The notes under the pieces are model-generated. The model did no database searches. It was not told the origin of the DNA and worked only from the letters and a program-made list of their open reading frames with translations. Shown in pieces: positions 32,886 through 36,152 of a stretch of DNA of 36,152 nt. Each line of letters opens with the position of its first letter. The stretch's first letter is position 1. Source of the stretch: a virus (lineage: Duplodnaviria; Caudoviricetes); IMG/VR virus record IMGVR_UViG_3300017766_000396, positions 1 through 36,152 of that record; one strand, given 5' to 3'. The position numbers and the translations under genes are program-made.

Positions 32886-34967
32886 TTAAATTGCTCTTTC
32901 AATAGCTTCTGTATCTGCTGCTCTTTCTGACCTTTCATCAATCTTAGACAAGATAAGGGCTAATTTAGCTTTCATGCGTTCAATTTCAAGCCTTGTTTCG
33001 CTGTCAATAATAGTGTCATGTGCTTTAGCTTCGACTTGCATCTGTGAATCAGTCATACGAGCATCAATATCCATCTGCTTACGAGCAGTTTCGGAAGCTT
33101 GTTTTTGTTCTTCAATCGAGGCACGATACTTCATATCCATCTGCATAGCTTGAAGCTGCTGCTGCAAATCTTGGATAACTTGCTGGCTTTGAGCCAACTG
33201 CATCTGAACTTGTGGCGGAATATCTGATTTATCGTCAATCTGAGCCAATGGATTAGCGGCAGCCAAACGATCTGCAATAATGTCTGCACCTGGGAAGTCC
33301 ATATTTCGGAACACCAAATCGCCAGCTTGCTTCATCAAATCAGGATCTACACCCATCATGCTAATCATGGATTCAACAGCTTCCTGTCGCTTAGAGTTAT
33401 AGCCAGGGCCTGTTTCCATAACAATGTCGTATTCGCCAACAGTTACATCATTAAGGATGGTTTCAACACCCATCTCATCCATAGCTTTTTGATTGACATT
33501 AACAATCTCGCCCTTGCCATCATCTCCAATAATGCGTAAAACTCTTTCGCTGTCATAAACATGAGGAATCAAGTCAAGGATAATGCGACCAGTTTGCTTA
33601 ATAGAACGAGTTAAATTATCGTAATAATGATAATTAGTCATGTCAGTTTGCTGCTGCTGACCTTGAATTGCTTTGCCTGACTGATTACCCTGTGGAAGCA
33701 TAGATGGATCATAGATACCCACTACAGCCATCAAATCGGCATTTAATCCTTCTAAAGCTGTAGCAATTCCCATTGGAGGAGCTTCAGGCTGCAATCTTTG
33801 CGGAGCAGGAGCTTCTCTGCCTTCACTATCTGTTTGCTTGTAACGCAATACAGGCATAGATTTAATGTTAGCTTGCGCCCACTCATCTTCATGGCCTTCA
33901 TCTTGGCCTTCAGCCAATAGCCATTTAGCTTTAGGAGCAAGGGCAACAGATTCTGTAAGGGCAGTAGACCAAAAGTTATACATCCTTTGTGGATCTTTAG
34001 CCATGCGAGTAAGACCAAACTTCTTCTTCTTGCTATCAACAATGAGTTGCTGACCATAAACAGGCACAACTGGAATGTATTTACCAGCCCAATCTCGGCT
34101 TTCCAAGATTTGCATACCAGTAAGTTTTACCCATTTAATCTGCTTTTTAACTGTAACCCTGCGGCTTACTTCATAAATACCAGCAGCCAACATAACATCC
34201 TGGCTTGGCATTTCATCTTCATAAACAGTAGTGCCATCGCTTAAAAGCACCAGTTTTGTATGCTTATATTCTGTGTAGAAATACTCGGCAATCCGAATAT
34301 CTTCTTTTGTGATCCATTCTGATTGGCTATCGCCTGTGCCTCTAGGTGTAAATCCTGCATCAGTTTCCGCATCAGGATACATCTTACGGAAAGCTTCTTT
34401 GCTTACAACCTCAGTAATTAAGCACTTTTCGGCATCTGAGCCATCAGGCTCATTGCTATTAGGATCAAAATAAACCATAAAAGGATTTTCAATCCTCTTG
34501 ATGTAAATCTCCTGATCGAATGAGTCAGGTCTAACATAATCAGTAGTAATGCGCCAATAGCCCCAACCCATGCGAACAGCAAAATCAAAAGCATTGTCAT
34601 AAGCGGCATCAGCATCAGATTGCTCCTCTACATGGCGGCAAATGCCAGTAATGATTTGAGCCATTTTCTCATCGGATTGAGTATTCATTCCATGAGCTTT
34701 GATTCTTGGTCTTTGCTGTCTTTGGCTATTAGCAATTTGACGGCAATACGCATCAATCTTATTGATGGTCAGATAAGGTCTAGATTCAAGCAAACGGCTG
34801 TTTTGTATCTCTACAGGCCATTGATCTCCACCAGCAAACTTTAAATCATCTAAAGCTTCAACACGATTATTGGAGTCATTATCAGAGCAAAAGCGCAGGA
34901 ATTCCTTGGCTTCATCAATGATGCTATCTTCATTGTCATCTGCGTATTCTGAATCGTAGATACCCAT
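32886..34967 (-). CDS. Portal protein, P22-like
   Basis: DDLKFAGGDQWP...RPYLTINKI, IPVVPVYG, KDPQRMYNFW, SGKAI, GEYDIVMETGPGYNSKRQEA and a Gln-rich barrel. Confidence 0.92.
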   Translation of the reverse strand: MGIYDSEYADDNEDSIIDEAKEFLRFCSDNDSNNRVEALDDLKFAGGDQWPVEIQNSRLLESRPYLTINKIDAYCRQIANSQRQQRPRIKAHGMNTQSDEKMAQIITGICRHVEEQSDADAAYDNAFDFAVRMGWGYWRITTDYVRPDSFDQEIYIKRIENPFMVYFDPNSNEPDGSDAEKCLITEVVSKEAFRKMYPDAETDAGFTPRGTGDSQSEWITKEDIRIAEYFYTEYKHTKLVLLSDGTTVYEDEMPSQDVMLAAGIYEVSRRVTVKKQIKWVKLTGMQILESRDWAGKYIPVVPVYGQQLIVDSKKKKFGLTRMAKDPQRMYNFWSTALTESVALAPKAKWLLAEGQDEGHEDEWAQANIKSMPVLRYKQTDSEGREAPAPQRLQPEAPPMGIATALEGLNADLMAVVGIYDPSMLPQGNQSGKAIQGQQQQTDMTNYHYYDNLTRSIKQTGRIILDLIPHVYDSERVLRIIGDDGKGEIVNVNQKAMDEMGVETILNDVTVGEYDIVMETGPGYNSKRQEAVESMISMMGVDPDLMKQAGDLVFRNMDFPGADIIADRLAAANPLAQIDDKSDIPPQVQMQLAQSQQVIQDLQQQLQAMQMDMKYRASIEEQKQASETARKQMDIDARMTDSQMQVEAKAHDTIIDSETRLEIERMKAKLALILSKIDERSERAADTEAIERAI

Positions 34968-34998
34968 AGGTGATCCTTATATCATATTTGTCAATAGT

Positions 34999-36152
34999 TT
35001 AAGACATCCAACTAGAAACTTGGTAATTTATTTTCTTTGCTGTTTTCTTTTTAGGCTCATTAATCATTAATCCAATGTAACGGAAGGCATCTGCGCCATG
35101 TGAATAATTGTCATGCAAAGGCTTACGACTAAATGCGCCAGTTTCTGGGTCAGTATCATACCTATAATGCCTTAAACATTGTAGTCCTTCATAGCAGTTT
35201 TCTCTATCAAAATAACATTTGCTAAAGATAGTCCTTGCGGCATTAATTGAATCAGCTATAGGTACTCGGTCAATAATTCTGACATTAAAGCCTGCCGCCC
35301 TAACAATATCCTCAATACTTCTACCATGTGCAGCCAAAGTCTTATTTTGAGCATCATGTGGCAAATAAAGTGTTTCATAGACATAACCAAAGGTTTGCAT
35401 TTTGGCTAATATCTCACTCATAGTGGTTTGATTTGTCTCGTAATAGCGTATAAGCCTTGTTTCCATACCTACAAATTGCAGAAACCACACCGCTGTTGCA
35501 TCCGACCAACCAATGTCAAAAATGGCAAGTACAGGCTTGGTGGCATCATAAGGCACTCTAGTAATCCTGCCATCAAATTCGGCTTGTTGCATTTCTTTAG
35601 CAAAAATAGCCCCATCTACAGTTTGGCGACACATTCCTTCCCAAACGGTATTGTAGGATTCTCTATCTCTAGCGTATAAAGCATCCTTTTCAAGCCTTAA
35701 AGTCTCAGGAAACCAAGGATTGTCTTGCCAGTTCACTTTAGCAACCAAGCAATCACTAGGTGGATTGGCTACAAAGCGTTGGTAAGTCTCATCCGTTTCC
35801 AATTCAGGGTTAAAACTAATCCAAATTTCGGACTTTTCTTTACGAATGGTAGGAATAAGCACCGACCAACTTAGTTTTGATGTTGTATTGGCTTCTTCCA
35901 CCCAACATATATCCACACCTTCGTATGACTTAACATTGGCAATATTGTTTTTTAAGCCTACAAATGCGAATTCTGAGCCATTTTTGCCACGAATAGAATT
36001 TTGTGTAATCTCAAAGTGTGCATCAAGTTCCATTGCATAGATTTGGTCACTTAATAATTTATGGACAGAATCTTTAATAGATGTCTGAAACTCTCGAGCA
36101 CAAAGGATACGAGTAGGTCGCATAGCCGCAATAATAAGCAAAGCCCTAGCAA
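34999..36152 (-). CDS. terL: Terminase large subunit (PBSX-family-like), C-terminal part
   Basis: ILCAREFQTSIKDSV, ICWVEEA (Walker B), ISFNP, FDIGWSD and HGADAFRY; the true start is at 256 across the origin. Confidence 0.93.
   Translation of the reverse strand, partial: ARALLIIAAMRPTRILCAREFQTSIKDSVHKLLSDQIYAMELDAHFEITQNSIRGKNGSEFAFVGLKNNIANVKSYEGVDICWVEEANTTSKLSWSVLIPTIRKEKSEIWISFNPELETDETYQRFVANPPSDCLVAKVNWQDNPWFPETLRLEKDALYARDRESYNTVWEGMCRQTVDGAIFAKEMQQAEFDGRITRVPYDATKPVLAIFDIGWSDATAVWFLQFVGMETRLIRYYETNQTTMSEILAKMQTFGYVYETLYLPHDAQNKTLAAHGRSIEDIVRAAGFNVRIIDRVPIADSINAARTIFSKCYFDRENCYEGLQCLRHYRYDTDPETGAFSRKPLHDNYSHGADAFRYIGLMINEPKKKTAKKINYQVSSWMS
36030..36152. repeat. Terminal direct repeat, copy 2
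   Basis: Identical to 1-123. Confidence 0.97.

Noticed and set aside
34968-34998. TTGACA upstream of the portal gene as a promoter
   Set aside because: No acceptable -10 box at 16-18 nt spacing before the start codon
1-36152. Stop-codon reassignment or prophage state
   Set aside because: Core genes are intact in the standard code with TAA, TGA and TAG all used as stops; no integrase or flanking host genes

Overview
The window looks like a complete, circularly permuted ~36.0 kb tailed dsDNA phage genome. Bases 1-123 repeat exactly at 36030-36152 inside the terminase large-subunit gene, giving a 36,029 bp unit. The virion is P22-like (podovirus type): portal, scaffold, gp5-like coat, gp4- and gp10-like tail proteins, three ejection proteins, and several glycine-rich/lectin tail-fibre genes, all on the minus strand. 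Nested Rz/Rz1 spanins and a GH19 endolysin indicate a Gram-negative host. A divergent early region holds Cro-like HTH, YdaU/DUF1376 initiator and nuclease genes on the minus strand, and DUF932, Sak-like annealase, YqaJ exonuclease and SSB-like genes on the plus strand. I found no integrase, CI repressor, polymerase, tRNA or CRISPR array. The main leads are: (1) a translationally coupled ParB-like fusion + TET-associated-type glycosyltransferase + TerS + TerL unit with no recognisable enzyme to make the acceptor base; (2) an unannotated 43-aa secreted four-Cys beta-hairpin peptide beside a lipoprotein; (3) a 90-nt structured element with a possible pseudoknot that exactly fills the convergence gap; (4) a duplicated promoter/leader bracketing the DUF932 gene; (5) a HiPIP-like Cys4 protein; and (6) a shared beta-module inserted twice into each of the gp4- and gp10-like proteins. 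All family calls come from motif recognition by eye; no searches were run.
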